From positions 12,697 through 76,696 of IMG/VR virus record IMGVR_UViG_3300037628_000362: DNA of 64,000 nt. One strand, written 5' to 3'. This document shows positions 8,376 to 20,100 of this stretch, piece after piece; within the stretch, counting starts at the first letter, position 1; each line of letters begins with the position of its first letter. A program made the translations under genes and the position numbers. The notes beneath the pieces are model-generated. The model made no database searches and had not been told where the DNA came from. It saw nothing but the letters and a program-made list of their open reading frames with translations. This DNA comes from a virus.

Positions 8376-11300
8376 ATGGCCGAAGAAGGCATCAGGATCC
8401 CGTTCCCGGTCAAGGGCCTGGTCGAGAACTACGCTTTTGAGGAGCAGCCCTCGGGAACCACCGTGGACTGCGAGAACGTCCGCGCCTACGATCCAACGAC
8501 AGGCCGCAGCAGGGGCGGACAGCGTGCCGGAACTAAGAACGTTCTCTCTTCAGCGATCGCCGCCGGTGACATTCAGGCGATTTCCAGCGTCACCTATAAT
8601 CCGGCTCAGTCGAACACCCCAGGCACGACGCTGGAGACCCCAGGCAACCTCGTATTCGAGGACATTGCGTTCAAGACCGATGGAACCAAGCTTTATATCC
8701 TCGGAAGTGACGCCACCCTCGTCGAGCAATACACGATCACCGCCTGGGATGTTTCCACTGGATCGGCTGACAGTAAGACGTTCGATGTGTCCAGCGAAGA
8801 AGGCACGCCAACCGGCCTGTTCTTCCGAGATAACGGCTCGAAGATGTTCATCGTCGGTCGGGCGCAGAGTAAGGTGTTTCAATACACCCTGGATACCGCC
8901 TGGGATGTAAGTACGGCTGTTTACGACTCCGTGAGCCTGGATGTATCTGGCCAAGTCAGTACCATTGATGGAATTTTCATCGGATCTTCCGGATTAAGGA
9001 TGTATCTCGTCTCCGGAAGCACAGTTTATCAGTACAGTATGATTACGCCGTGGGATCTAAATACGGCCGACTACGATAATGTGAGCCTCTCTGTCGGGTC
9101 AACCTCGTACGGGCTGTACTTCGAGGATGACGGCACGACGATGTTCGTGGCTCGTTCCACCAGTGTCGCACAATACGCCCTCTCTACGGGCTGGGCCCTG
9201 AGCACGGCCACCGCACTCGGGTCCATTAACGTCAACGAGGACGACTCGATTCGCGGCATAGCGTTCCAGAGCGACGGCACCACCTTTTACTTGGTTGGCA
9301 GCGAGAATGCCAGGATTTACGAGTACGAGTCCAACGCTGCCTGGAACCTTACTGGTTTCTCGACCTCCGGCACGACGGCCGTGTCAACGTTCGCGTTTGG
9401 TGTCGACGACGTGTTTTTTGACGCCAGCGGGTTACGTATGTACGTGGTGTCGTCAGGGGATGCGGCGGTCTACCAGTACGACCTGACCTTAGCATGGGAC
9501 GTGAGTACGGCCAGCTACACTGAGTTGTCGAAGTCTGTGAGTGCCGAGGACACCGCGCCTACCGGGGTATACTTCAAGAGCGATGGCCTGGTAATGTGGA
9601 TCGTCGGCGACACTAATAATACGGTGTACCAGTACACACTCAGTACCGCGTGGGATGTTTCCTCGGCCAGCTATGCTTCCCTGAGCTTCTCTGTGGCGAC
9701 TCAGACGACATCACCGTCCGGGATCTGGATTCAGTCTGACGGTTCGAAGATGTTTGTATCCGGAACGGCTGGTGGACTCGGTGCCGGCATTTACCGTTAT
9801 AGTCTCTCGCCGGTATGGACTTTCAGTACGCCACCGTCGTATGACACTAATACGCTTGCCGTGGCGGGCGCCCACGACATATACATAAAGGGCAATAATG
9901 GCCGCCAAATATATGTCCTAAAAGACGACGGTCTGACGTACTACAATATGTCAACGGGCTTCGATTTGTCCACCGCAACCGAGTTCACTGACATTAAGAT
10001 AGGGAACGCACAAACATATCGCGGACTCTCTTTTAAGGATGACGGGGGTGCCTTCTTTATCGCCGGTGGAACCACCGAATCTATTTACGGCTATACGCTT
10101 GAGAACAATTGGGACATAAGCCTATACGAGAGCAAGTCGCTTGATGTATCGCCTGACGACACCGACCCAGAGGGACTGACATGGGGCGATAGCGGTAATT
10201 CGTTATACGTCATTGGTAATCAAAACAACCGTGTGTATCGATACACTTGCAGTACGGCATATAGCGTAAATACAGCCTCTCTTGACAGTAACGCCAATAC
10301 GACGGCGAGTGGCCATGGCGGAATAGCCTGGAGTGATGACGGGCTTCAAATGTTCTTCACCGAGACAGGGGGCACTACTGTTCAGCAATGGACGAGCACG
10401 CTACCATGGGTATTTGGATTACCAAATAAAAGCAAAGACATCTCTGGTCAGACTAGTACCGCAGCAGACCTGGCATTCGGTGATAGCGGGAAGAAGCTGT
10501 ATATCATTGATGCGACTAAGGTTTACCAATACAACCTCTCTAGTGCGTTTAATATTGACACGGCCACCTACGTCTCAGGCAATGACCTCTCTATCGCCGC
10601 CGCCCAGGACACCGCTGCCACTGGAGTCGCCATAAGCTCCGACGGATTAAAGCTGTTCGTAGTTGGAACGTCTAATGATAAGGTCCACGAGTATACCCTA
10701 ACCACCGCATGGGACTTATCTACCGCCATCTATTCCAACTACTCGTACGATGTGAGTGAGGAGGACGGGACGCCAACTGGCATTACTTTCAAGTCGGACG
10801 GGTCGAAGTTTTACATTTCTGGGACAGGAAATGACGGGGTATTTCAGTACGATACCCGCAATAACTGGAGCACAGCCGTCCATACCGTACTGACTACATT
10901 ACCACTGGATCTCTCGACGCCACTCCGTAGCGACATTACGTTCAAGACTGACGGAGCAAAGGTTTATGTCGTTAGCGCTGGGAGCGGGATTATCGACGAG
11001 TATAACCTTACTACGCCGTGGCTCGCTAGCACTATATCCGCCTCTATAAATAGTCTGAATGTACGATCGGAGGATATTAACCCGTCCGGCGCATTCCTGA
11101 AGGCAACCGACGGTACGGAAATCTACGTGCTCGGAAAAACGAATGCTTCCGTTTACCAGTATCACCTGTCCTCTGGCTGGGATCTGTCATCGGCAGGAGC
11201 CGTTACGGATACCTTTAGTGTAGCGGCCCAGGATGGTTCTCCGGAAGGAATTTTCATCGGAGACTCTGGTACGAAGATGTATATTCTGGGTGGCTCCGGA

Positions 11301-13721
11301 AACCGAGTATATCAATACACCCTCTCGGTGGCCTGGGAATTAAGCACAGCACCGACGTACGCCAATAAAGCGATCTCACTCGCGGCCGTTGAGACATCTG
11401 CGACGGGCATCTACTTCGAGGACGATGGCACGACAATGTTCATCATCGGGCAGGCGACGGGTGCGGTTCATAGATACACCTTGTCTGTTGGCTGGGATGT
11501 GAGTACGGCAACCTACGATGGTCAGGCGATAGATGTCTCTGCCGAGGAAACAGCACCCACTGGTGTAGGTTTCCATTCAGACGGAAGTAAAATGTTCACC
11601 ATCGGGACGGTCGGCACGAAGCTGTATGAGTACGGTCTGTCATCTGTCTGGGACCTTATTGACTTCACAGACGAGTTTACTGACATCGTTGAAACAGTCC
11701 CAACTGGCATTGCCTTCAGTGCGGACGGCCTAGTGCTGTACGTTGTTGGTAGCGACACAGCAAAGGTGCGCCAGTACGACCTCACGACTGCCTTTGATAC
11801 GCAGACTGCCACCTACGACGATCTGTTTGATCTATCCACTGAGGGCACGAACCCTCAAGCCGTCTCTGTCAATGCGGCTGGTACTAGGCTGTTTATCCTG
11901 GATGGCACGAATGCCAGTATTCAGCAATACACGATATCAAGCGGCGATGTCGCTACGGCCAGCGTTGATGCCGCTGACGTTCTGGACGTGTCTGGTGATG
12001 ACATTGCACCAACTGGCATGGTGTTCGGATCGTCCGGCACGAAAATCTATGTCACGGGCCCCACGACTACTGCCACGGTTTACGAGTATACGACAACCGC
12101 CGACGATCTGAGTACCGCTACGGCAACCGGCGAATCAAAGGTTGTCTCAGCCGAAGACACTTCGCCACAGGCTATAGCCCTGAACACCGACGGGACGAAG
12201 ATGTTTGTCCTAGGAAGCCAAAACAATCGCGCCTACGAATACGCACTCGGAACGGCCTATGATCTGAGCGGAACGGTAACGTACAGCAATGCCAATCATT
12301 TCGTCGGAGGTCAGGATACGTCACCCACCGGACTGGCCTTTAATGCCGTCGGGGATCGGATGTTCATGATCGGCACAGTCACCGCTCAAGTCTGGCAGTA
12401 TTCTGTCATAGCCTTCGATTTTACCGCCTTCCGGCTCCGGAGTATCCTGGCGGTTCACGAGGGAGACATCTACCGGGTCGAGTCAGGAACGGCCCTTCTT
12501 GCCGGTGGCGGGAGCGACGCACTAGACGATACGCTCAACGTGTACGTCTATGGCCAGGAGTTCTTTGGTTCGGTCTACTTCGTTGACGGCACAAACTACG
12601 TCGTGCATAACGCGGCCGGGGACACTACATTGACCTGGACTGCAACCGCCGGAACGCTGCCGGTCAATAGCACTGCGACTGCCCGCCTAATCGCCCTATA
12701 CCGTGGCCGACTTGTTCTGTCCGGCGTAGTAGGAGACGATCACAACTGGTTTATGAGCGCCGCGGGAAATGCACTGGACTTCGACTACAGCCCGTCGACC
12801 GTAACACAGACCCAAGCGACATCCGGAAATAACTCTCCGGCGGGCCTCGTCGGGGACGTTATCACTGCCCTAATCCCGGTGACCGACGATCTGCTGCTGT
12901 TCGGATGCGATCACTCGATTTGGAGAATGACTGGCGACCCTATGGCTGGTGGCCAGATCGATCTAGTGAGTGACATAACTGGCATGAGCTTCGGGCGGGC
13001 TTGGTGCAAAGACCCCAGCGGGAGAGTGTACTTCTTTGGCAGGCGGGGCGGCGTCTTCTACACTAACGGGAGTGAGGTAAAGCGGATCAGCTCCCAGGCA
13101 ATTGAGGAGCGGCTCGCGGTTATCGATCTCTCGGATCACCGAGTCGTCATGGTGTGGAACGACAGGTTCATCGGTCTGGACGTGTTCATAAGCCCGAACG
13201 TCGCTGCAAGCTCCACCACCCACTATTTCTACGATGTTCGGAACGAGTCATGGTGGCCGGTGGCGTTCACTGACACGGACCACAATCCCCTTGTGGCGGT
13301 ACTGATGGACGGGGACGACATTGACGATCGTGCCGTCTGGATGGGTGGTAGAGATGGCCAGATCCGCAGTTGGGACGCGACGGCCGACGACGACAACGGC
13401 ACTGCGATCAGCAGTTACGTGGTTTTGGGCCCCATTGGAGCTACTGACAGAGAGTCTATTATCACAGAACTTTCCTGTGTCCTTTCACAAAACAGTGACA
13501 CTGTGCTATACTCGGTTTTAGAGGGGAACTATGCTGAAGTGGCCTCGGCGGCCTCGGCGTCGTTCTCAGGGTCGTTTACGGCCGGCAGAAGCACATTCCA
13601 TTACCCCCGCACGAAGGGGTATTCACAATACGTTAAACTGGAAAACTCGACCCTCAACACCGCATGGGCGATTGAGGAGATTCGGGCAAGGCTGGCTCCG
13701 GCCGGCAGAAGGACATTCTGA
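8376..13721 (+). CDS. Tail nozzle (P22 gp10 / tail tubular B-like) with a large inserted beta-propeller repeat region
   Basis: SD GGAGG at 8366-8370; N-term IPFPVKGL...NVRAYDP..RSRGGQRAG; C-term YRGRLVLSG...WFMSAAG...ITALIP...IWRMTGDP; 25 ~50-aa repeats in between. Confidence 0.75.
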   Translation: MAEEGIRIPFPVKGLVENYAFEEQPSGTTVDCENVRAYDPTTGRSRGGQRAGTKNVLSSAIAAGDIQAISSVTYNPAQSNTPGTTLETPGNLVFEDIAFKTDGTKLYILGSDATLVEQYTITAWDVSTGSADSKTFDVSSEEGTPTGLFFRDNGSKMFIVGRAQSKVFQYTLDTAWDVSTAVYDSVSLDVSGQVSTIDGIFIGSSGLRMYLVSGSTVYQYSMITPWDLNTADYDNVSLSVGSTSYGLYFEDDGTTMFVARSTSVAQYALSTGWALSTATALGSINVNEDDSIRGIAFQSDGTTFYLVGSENARIYEYESNAAWNLTGFSTSGTTAVSTFAFGVDDVFFDASGLRMYVVSSGDAAVYQYDLTLAWDVSTASYTELSKSVSAEDTAPTGVYFKSDGLVMWIVGDTNNTVYQYTLSTAWDVSSASYASLSFSVATQTTSPSGIWIQSDGSKMFVSGTAGGLGAGIYRYSLSPVWTFSTPPSYDTNTLAVAGAHDIYIKGNNGRQIYVLKDDGLTYYNMSTGFDLSTATEFTDIKIGNAQTYRGLSFKDDGGAFFIAGGTTESIYGYTLENNWDISLYESKSLDVSPDDTDPEGLTWGDSGNSLYVIGNQNNRVYRYTCSTAYSVNTASLDSNANTTASGHGGIAWSDDGLQMFFTETGGTTVQQWTSTLPWVFGLPNKSKDISGQTSTAADLAFGDSGKKLYIIDATKVYQYNLSSAFNIDTATYVSGNDLSIAAAQDTAATGVAISSDGLKLFVVGTSNDKVHEYTLTTAWDLSTAIYSNYSYDVSEEDGTPTGITFKSDGSKFYISGTGNDGVFQYDTRNNWSTAVHTVLTTLPLDLSTPLRSDITFKTDGAKVYVVSAGSGIIDEYNLTTPWLASTISASINSLNVRSEDINPSGAFLKATDGTEIYVLGKTNASVYQYHLSSGWDLSSAGAVTDTFSVAAQDGSPEGIFIGDSGTKMYILGGSGNRVYQYTLSVAWELSTAPTYANKAISLAAVETSATGIYFEDDGTTMFIIGQATGAVHRYTLSVGWDVSTATYDGQAIDVSAEETAPTGVGFHSDGSKMFTIGTVGTKLYEYGLSSVWDLIDFTDEFTDIVETVPTGIAFSADGLVLYVVGSDTAKVRQYDLTTAFDTQTATYDDLFDLSTEGTNPQAVSVNAAGTRLFILDGTNASIQQYTISSGDVATASVDAADVLDVSGDDIAPTGMVFGSSGTKIYVTGPTTTATVYEYTTTADDLSTATATGESKVVSAEDTSPQAIALNTDGTKMFVLGSQNNRAYEYALGTAYDLSGTVTYSNANHFVGGQDTSPTGLAFNAVGDRMFMIGTVTAQVWQYSVIAFDFTAFRLRSILAVHEGDIYRVESGTALLAGGGSDALDDTLNVYVYGQEFFGSVYFVDGTNYVVHNAAGDTTLTWTATAGTLPVNSTATARLIALYRGRLVLSGVVGDDHNWFMSAAGNALDFDYSPSTVTQTQATSGNNSPAGLVGDVITALIPVTDDLLLFGCDHSIWRMTGDPMAGGQIDLVSDITGMSFGRAWCKDPSGRVYFFGRRGGVFYTNGSEVKRISSQAIEERLAVIDLSDHRVVMVWNDRFIGLDVFISPNVAASSTTHYFYDVRNESWWPVAFTDTDHNPLVAVLMDGDDIDDRAVWMGGRDGQIRSWDATADDDNGTAISSYVVLGPIGATDRESIITELSCVLSQNSDTVLYSVLEGNYAEVASAASASFSGSFTAGRSTFHYPRTKGYSQYVKLENSTLNTAWAIEEIRARLAPAGRRTF
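8658..12434 (+). repeat. 25 tandem ~50-aa beta-propeller blade repeats
   Basis: Consensus PTGxxFxxDGxKMxxxG...VYQYxLxTAWDVSTAxY, counted 25 times in the translation. Confidence 0.85.
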
Positions 13722-13945
13722 TGAGAATTCCTGAGGAAAATGAAGACCTTACTGGCAAGGTTTGCGTATGCTCGATCGGGCGTCTAGGGCTGGTAGTTGG
13801 CAGGGAAGATATCGGCTGGGGTTTAACGTACGTTGGTTTGGCCCTGGATACACGAGAGTGCAGAACATGGGCTAGCAGACACCCGGTTGTAATCGCCGAT
13901 AACCCCTTCGAGTATTACCGCCGCCTCAAGCCGAAGCAGAAATAG
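13721..13945 (+). CDS. Small hypothetical protein inside the virion operon
   Basis: TGATG coupling with the nozzle gene. Confidence 0.55.
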   Translation: MRIPEENEDLTGKVCVCSIGRLGLVVGREDIGWGLTYVGLALDTRECRTWASRHPVVIADNPFEYYRRLKPKQK

Positions 13946-13957
13946 GAGAACATTCTG

Positions 13958-15025
13958 ATGGCAAAATACTTACAACCGAGCGCGGCCCCGCTATTTCAGG
14001 GCACTGTTGGCGGGGCTGGCCCTACACCGTCTGTCGGGAAGCCGAAGCAATATCAGTACCGTGGCGGAGTCTCGGACCGCGGGACCAACGCGCTGCTTGC
14101 ACAGATGCAACAGGCTTACAATGCCGCCAATACGGCGAACTACGATCGGTACGGGCAGATCCTCGGTGGCTACGACCAGTTAGCCCAGGACACCCAGCAG
14201 CTCGCCGGCACTCAGCGGCAACAGGCTTTACAGCAGCAGGCCGGGGCTGCTCAGAGAACACTGTCTGATTTCGACGTGACCTCGGGGCAGATCGGGCGCG
14301 GATATCAAGATCGTCTGGGCCGGAACCTCGGGTACGTCGAGGATGTGGGTGCGTACGAGCGGGACCGGATCGCCAGGTCATCCCAACAAGGCCAGGCTCG
14401 GGCCGACCAGAGTGCGATCAACCGAGGGCTGTATAATACGACCGTAACTGGGGCCATGCAGCGTGGAGTCCAGTCTGACGCGGCCCAACAGAACCTTGCA
14501 CTTTCCGACCAGTTAGCCAGGATGCGAGCGGATATCGACACTCGACTGTCCGGTGACGCGCTGTCAGCCCAGCAGAGCCAGCAGCAGCAGCGGCTTGGGT
14601 ACATGAGCCAAGCTTCAGGACAGCAGGCCCAGACTCAGCGATTCTACGATGAAATGCTGGGGCGCGTGTCCCAACAGGTCCCGTCCGAACGGCTTCGTTT
14701 CATGGAGGCCAGGACTGACGAGGGGCCCAGCCAGGAATCTATGGCGAATATCATGCTCCAGGCTGGTCAGCAGGAACAGGCCCAAAAGCAGGCTGACCGG
14801 GATCGCTGGCTCGACTGGGCGAAGGTAGGGGTGGCAGGAATTGGCGCTCTCGTACCGGGTGGCGGAGCGATGTCGACGGTGATGCAAGGCATGATGCCGG
14901 GGGCGCAGACGAGGGTCCCGCCGCCATATATGTCGCCGAACGCGATTCCTTCGCCGTCTACTGGCCGTACGCAGCAGTACCGTGGCTACGTTCCTGATTT
15001 CTGGCCCAATACGATGATCGCGTAA
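13958..15025 (+). CDS. Putative DNA ejection/pilot protein
   Basis: Gln/Ala/Gly-rich helical protein with the SAINRGLYNTT motif; position after the nozzle; SD AGGAG. Confidence 0.6.
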   Translation: MAKYLQPSAAPLFQGTVGGAGPTPSVGKPKQYQYRGGVSDRGTNALLAQMQQAYNAANTANYDRYGQILGGYDQLAQDTQQLAGTQRQQALQQQAGAAQRTLSDFDVTSGQIGRGYQDRLGRNLGYVEDVGAYERDRIARSSQQGQARADQSAINRGLYNTTVTGAMQRGVQSDAAQQNLALSDQLARMRADIDTRLSGDALSAQQSQQQQRLGYMSQASGQQAQTQRFYDEMLGRVSQQVPSERLRFMEARTDEGPSQESMANIMLQAGQQEQAQKQADRDRWLDWAKVGVAGIGALVPGGGAMSTVMQGMMPGAQTRVPPPYMSPNAIPSPSTGRTQQYRGYVPDFWPNTMIA

Positions 15026-15093
15026 AGTTTTTGATACTTATGGCACTTATATACTTGACTCATCATATCCGGCAGGCACGAAGGGAACCTTAA

Positions 15094-15351
15094 ATGCCCA
15101 GACGTAAACGCTGTGCTCGGTGTCATCGTATTGTGGTGAAACATTTTCGGCGTACCAAATTACCCGTGACCGTGAAGCGTGATTACGAGATTGGCGAGAT
15201 GGTTGACTTTCAAGCGTGCTCGATCTTTTGCGTGATGTGCCTCCATTCGTTGTCGACTACACTATACGGCGGCACATCGGAAGGCCAGAACGTTCACGTG
15301 CAAGCTTCTTCTTATGAATTTTTCCGAGTTGATGGTCAGCAAGTAGCATAG
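15094..15351 (+). CDS. Hypothetical protein with CxxC pairs
   Basis: CARC...CVMC; SD AAGGGA. Confidence 0.45.
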   Translation: MPRRKRCARCHRIVVKHFRRTKLPVTVKRDYEIGEMVDFQACSIFCVMCLHSLSTTLYGGTSEGQNVHVQASSYEFFRVDGQQVA

Positions 15352-15383
15352 TGAATAATGAGTCAAGTATCTAAGGTTTTGAT

Positions 15384-15965
15384 ATGACGCATCTCTTCGA
15401 GAAACTGCCACTCATCGCTGACACGAAGGTTGACGTGAAGGTGCGCCGGTTCATCGCTGTCCTGCGCCAGGCTATCATCGATGGGGATTTACTTGATGAA
15501 GATGTCACGTACACCGCCGGCGGAATGATTCTCGGCGGGCTTACGGCGGGAGAACTGGTCACATCTGATAGCTCAGGAAAACTGATTTCATCGGACACAG
15601 ACGAGGTTATCGACGATCGGGTGTCTGCGTTAATTCAGGACGGAACGGGCATTACGTGGACTTATGTAGATGCGTCAGACTCCCTAACGGCTGACTTACA
15701 ATCCGCGACGACGGCAACTCTCGGCGGCATTCGGAAAGGGGATGCAGTCGATGATTCTGAGCAATCCGCGATAACGCTGACTGCTGTTACTGATCCTGCC
15801 GACACTCCGGCGTCTGCGGATGCACTGCGGGACGATCTGGTGGCCAATACGATTCCTGACCTCAAGACCAGGGACACTGAACTGGAAACCGCGATTGAGA
15901 CGTTGGCCGGAGAAGTTAACGATCTCCTGTTTGAACTCCGCAGCGGCGGGATTCTGAGTACGTAA
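15384..15965 (+). CDS. Short fibre-like virion protein
   Basis: IDDRVSALIQDGTGITWTYVDA and ATTATLGGIRKG motifs of phage fibres. Confidence 0.6.
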   Translation: MTHLFEKLPLIADTKVDVKVRRFIAVLRQAIIDGDLLDEDVTYTAGGMILGGLTAGELVTSDSSGKLISSDTDEVIDDRVSALIQDGTGITWTYVDASDSLTADLQSATTATLGGIRKGDAVDDSEQSAITLTAVTDPADTPASADALRDDLVANTIPDLKTRDTELETAIETLAGEVNDLLFELRSGGILST

Positions 15966-15982
15966 ACACGAGGGAGTCAATA

Positions 15983-17158
15983 ATGCCGATCACGATCAAG
16001 CACGGGGCCGACCCGGCTCTCCTTGGTAGCCTCGCCTATAGGACAGGCCAGTCTAAGGCCACCACTCAGGGACATGACCAACGCAGCCGTCAGTTCACTG
16101 ACCTGGCGAACATCATCAACCAGACCGTCGAGGGCCGCTCTCGTCGGCAGTACCGCGAGGGTATTCAGGAACGTCAGGACCGGCAGTTCCAATACGGGGT
16201 TTACCGGGACGCGATGGGTCGTGAAGATAAAGAGCGGGCGCGGCAAGACCTGTTCACGAAGGAATCAAACAAGATGTCCGGGGCCCAGTTAAGTGAAATC
16301 TCCGGCCAACTCGCACAGGCCCAGATGTCTGATCGTAAAGACGCCGACAACTGGCGTGCCCGGCTTAAACAACTCAGGGCGACTGCCCTTACTCCAGGGC
16401 AGCTCCGTGAAGGTTACGCCACACTGGCCACCGATCTTGAACGCCTCGGGATCATGCAGCAGATCATCAAGCCATTAACTAAAGACCAGAAATTCGACCA
16501 GACCGTCGTAGAAAGGGATGGAAGACAGTTTGCATTAGGCATGCGCAATGGCGAGCAGACCGTTACGCTGATCCCAGACCCGAAGACCGAGAAGGACGAT
16601 GAATTCCTGAAGGCATTTGAAATAATCCTCAGGCAAAAGGAGCTGGGCTTAAAGGACGGCGAAGTTCTCAATTACGGCGCCGCAGCCAAGGAAACTGCCG
16701 CACTTATGAGGGCAATGGCTATGTTCAAGGAAAGCCTCAAAGGTGGCGTGGAGTCCCAGTCGGCGGCGATCCCGATGCTCAATACGTTATTCCCGAACCT
16801 AGATCAGGCACCGGTAGGCGTGCCGTCGCCGATAATGCCAGATGGCCAAGCTCCGTCGCCACCTGCTACTCAACAGCAGCAAATCGGCCCCCGCCGTGCA
16901 ACGATCAAGAAGAAGCCGGGCGTCCCAGAAGAAATCTCACGGCTTGGAATGTGGAAGAAACGTCTCGATAAGATGTCAGCAAAGATTGCCAAACCGATCG
17001 CGGAAATGAACGTAAAGGAAAAGAAGACATTACGTTCCGACTTAGATATGTTCTTGCGTGAGATAATGGAGTCGGAAGAGGCCGTACAATTAAGCGCAGA
17101 GGAAATGGAGTTAGCCGAGCAAGTCATGGCAATCTATAAGCAGGCGGGGGATCTATAA
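15983..17158 (+). CDS. Putative internal virion/ejection protein
   Basis: Helical, charged; lies between ejection-type genes; SD GAGGGAG. Confidence 0.55.
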   Translation: MPITIKHGADPALLGSLAYRTGQSKATTQGHDQRSRQFTDLANIINQTVEGRSRRQYREGIQERQDRQFQYGVYRDAMGREDKERARQDLFTKESNKMSGAQLSEISGQLAQAQMSDRKDADNWRARLKQLRATALTPGQLREGYATLATDLERLGIMQQIIKPLTKDQKFDQTVVERDGRQFALGMRNGEQTVTLIPDPKTEKDDEFLKAFEIILRQKELGLKDGEVLNYGAAAKETAALMRAMAMFKESLKGGVESQSAAIPMLNTLFPNLDQAPVGVPSPIMPDGQAPSPPATQQQQIGPRRATIKKKPGVPEEISRLGMWKKRLDKMSAKIAKPIAEMNVKEKKTLRSDLDMFLREIMESEEAVQLSAEEMELAEQVMAIYKQAGDL

Positions 17159-17159
17159 T

Positions 17160-20100
17160 ATGGGCCTTGCTGATGACTTTGACGCCTGGAAATCAAAGCC
17201 AGCCGCGACCGACAAGGGCAGTGAAGTACCTATCGATACACTTGTCGAGAAGTTCGAGCGATGGAAAGCCCCGCGGGCCATAAGCGAGCCTCTGCCTGCA
17301 CCACTATCGCCCACTCAACCCGGGCAGCGACCTTTGCCGGAGCCCGGGTTTGCGCCGAAGACCGCGGAGACAGTGCCCGCCGCATCGGCTCAGATTCCGA
17401 GGTCCATGCAACCAGAGCAGCGCACATTAAGCCCGGAGGAACAGCGGCAGTGGATTTCCGATAAAGATAAGCGAGACCGGAAGCTTGCCGAGGAGTACGT
17501 GGCAAGTGTCGTAGAATCAGGCGGAATTTTGCCCGAGGACGATATCTATACTGAACCTGACCCCGGCCCTATTAGTCCGCAGGAACAGGCACAGGCAGTG
17601 CATAGAAACTTGCGAGAAGGATTGCCTGGGTATAAGAACGCTCTTGTCAGAACTATTGGGCAGGGCCTCGCTGGCGCAGGTAGTCAGTTCGCATCGCTGG
17701 CCAGTCGACTAGAAGGCGAAGATGTAAAGGCTGACGAAATAAATCGCCTTAATCAGATGTCCGAGCAAGCTGCCGCAATGGAAGATAAAAACTCTATAAT
17801 CAACAGGAGACTTCTTTCTGGCGGTCGGAGTGCCGTAAATTCCCTGGCGACGATGATTATCGGTAGGGCAGCCGGCCTTCCTGGCATGATCGGGCTATTT
17901 ACTGCTGAGTCAGTAAATCAAGCCATCACTGATGGTCGGGATGCTGGGCTCTCAGGAAGTAAGTTGGTCGCACATGCGGCAACGCAAGGGGCCATTGAGG
18001 GAGTCGTTACGTGGATATTCTCAAAAATTGGTCTCGGTGGCGTTGAATCAAAGCTGGCTTCCCGAGCGATCCTTAGTGCGGGCCTGAAGGAGGCAGCCAA
18101 AAAAACAGGTAAAACTGTCGGCGGCGAATGGACAGAGGAACAGATTATATTATTCGGACAGAGCCTAACGTCCTCCCTCGCTGGCGTACAAGACCCTATG
18201 ACTCTTGTGCATGAGGATGGAAGCTTTCGCGATAAAGACGGAAATTTCACGCCGTACATCGAGTCTGTAATTGACACGTCTGTCGCGGTCTTCATTATGT
18301 CCGGCACTGTCAGTGCCCCAGATATCGCATCCGCTGGAATGCGACAGATTGGTGGCCGGAAGCGTAAACCACTTGGCGAACCAGAAGGAGAAACTGATGT
18401 TTCAGAACCAACTAAAGTCGATGAGCCCGTGGGAGAGGACCCTACTAGTCAGCCAATTACTCCACAAACTCAACTGCCGGATGACGGAACGACAGTGGAA
18501 CGTCCTCCCAGTGAACCTGGAGCAGTCGATGAGCCAGCAGTTATTCCTGACGAAGCCGAGCCTGCCCCGGAAGAAGAAGTACCGGCCGGGGACGGGGAAG
18601 CGGTACTAGAACAAGCCCGGTCACAGCCTGGGGTTTGGACGCGGGTGCCTGCGGGCGCGGCGCCACCCAGCTTGCCGGGCATTGAAATAAAGAAGACGAT
18701 CGACGGTACGTACATTCGTTTCACAGAAGGAGAACCTGATGCCCAAGAAACTCCACCAGAAGTTGTCCCGCCAAGCAGCGAAGAAGGGCTTGAAGGGCAG
18801 CAGCCAGAAGGCGTACGTGTACGGGACGCTGCGGAAGCAGAAGAAGAAGGCCCGGGGAGGGTAATCGGTCCCCAGTTGCCAGCACAACCGGAACCAGAGG
18901 TGCCAGCGGCCGAGGTGCCCCCAGAAGCTCCTGTGAGGTCCGTAGACGAGCCCGAGGTAATCCGGGCAAGGTTTATCGATGATCTGGAACGTGAGGGCGT
19001 GGCTGTCGCACCAGACGGATCAACGGTTAAGATAGTGCCTGATCCGGGCAAAAAGGGCCGTTTTATAGTTGAAACAGCAACGGCCAGCGGAAGTTCCATA
19101 ACGAAAGGCCCATGGAGGGGGTATACGCGCGACCAAGCCATCGAAATCGCCGCCACTGGGATTGATTTCGCTAAATCTCAAGGCGCTGGGCCAGAAGAAG
19201 CAGGGCCGCCTGGTCAGCCATCTCCGCTCGCCGCCGGCGCCATTTCTCAAGAGTTACAGGACATACTTGACGCCGGCAAGCCGGAGAAAATCGTTGTCGA
19301 ACCAACTGAGCCAACCACAGAATTGGCATTTCAGCCTGAAACCCCTGAGAAACCACTAAGTGACACGTTGTCACAACCGGCAGAGACGCCCCTTGAGCCT
19401 GAAAGGAGGACAGAATGGATTGCTGATCGCGGCATGGAACACATAGCGACCGCGGCTGACGGCTCTGAGGTGTACATAAAAGCCGATCCGACGAATGAAG
19501 GCCGGTTTGTAGTGGAAGTCGTCAAAGACGGCATGCGCGAAATAAAGAGAGACCCGAAAGAGGGATATGCCTTTAAGGGATACACTCGCGAAGAGGCCGT
19601 GAAGAGGGCCCACGAAGAGGCTGGTGTTTCAGAAACACCGAAGAAGAAGTCAGTCGGAAAAAAGAAGCCAGTCAAGAAGAAGAAGTTGTCACCGGCTGCT
19701 AAACGGGACGTACGGATCAAGGAATTGCGACGGAAGAAAGAAGACGCCAAAAGGGCCATAGAGAAGACTAAGGAGACTAAGGAAGCGGCAGAGAAGCCCG
19801 TCAAGAAAAAGAAGTCGGACAGTGACGCCGGAAAATCCACGCGGATAGGTGCCACTAGAAAAAAGCGGCTGGGCAGTAAGATCACTCGGTCCTCGCTAGC
19901 CAAGACATTTCCTGGAGCAAAGATAAAGCCAGCCCCTAATGGTTGGCACGTGGAGATCGGCGATTCATTTTTCACAGTCGAGCTGACAGACGAGGTGGCT
20001 CCAGTTGATTGGAAGGCAATAGAGGCTTCTGGCGTAAAGGTGTCGGCAAAGCTGCGAGGCCAGATAGCTGTTGCCGGATCATTTTCGCTGAAATTACCGG

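Noticed and set aside
8376-13721. Diversity-generating retroelement acting on tail proteins
   Set aside because: No reverse transcriptase and no adenine-specific TR/VR pair seen; the repeats are old and diverged at DNA level.
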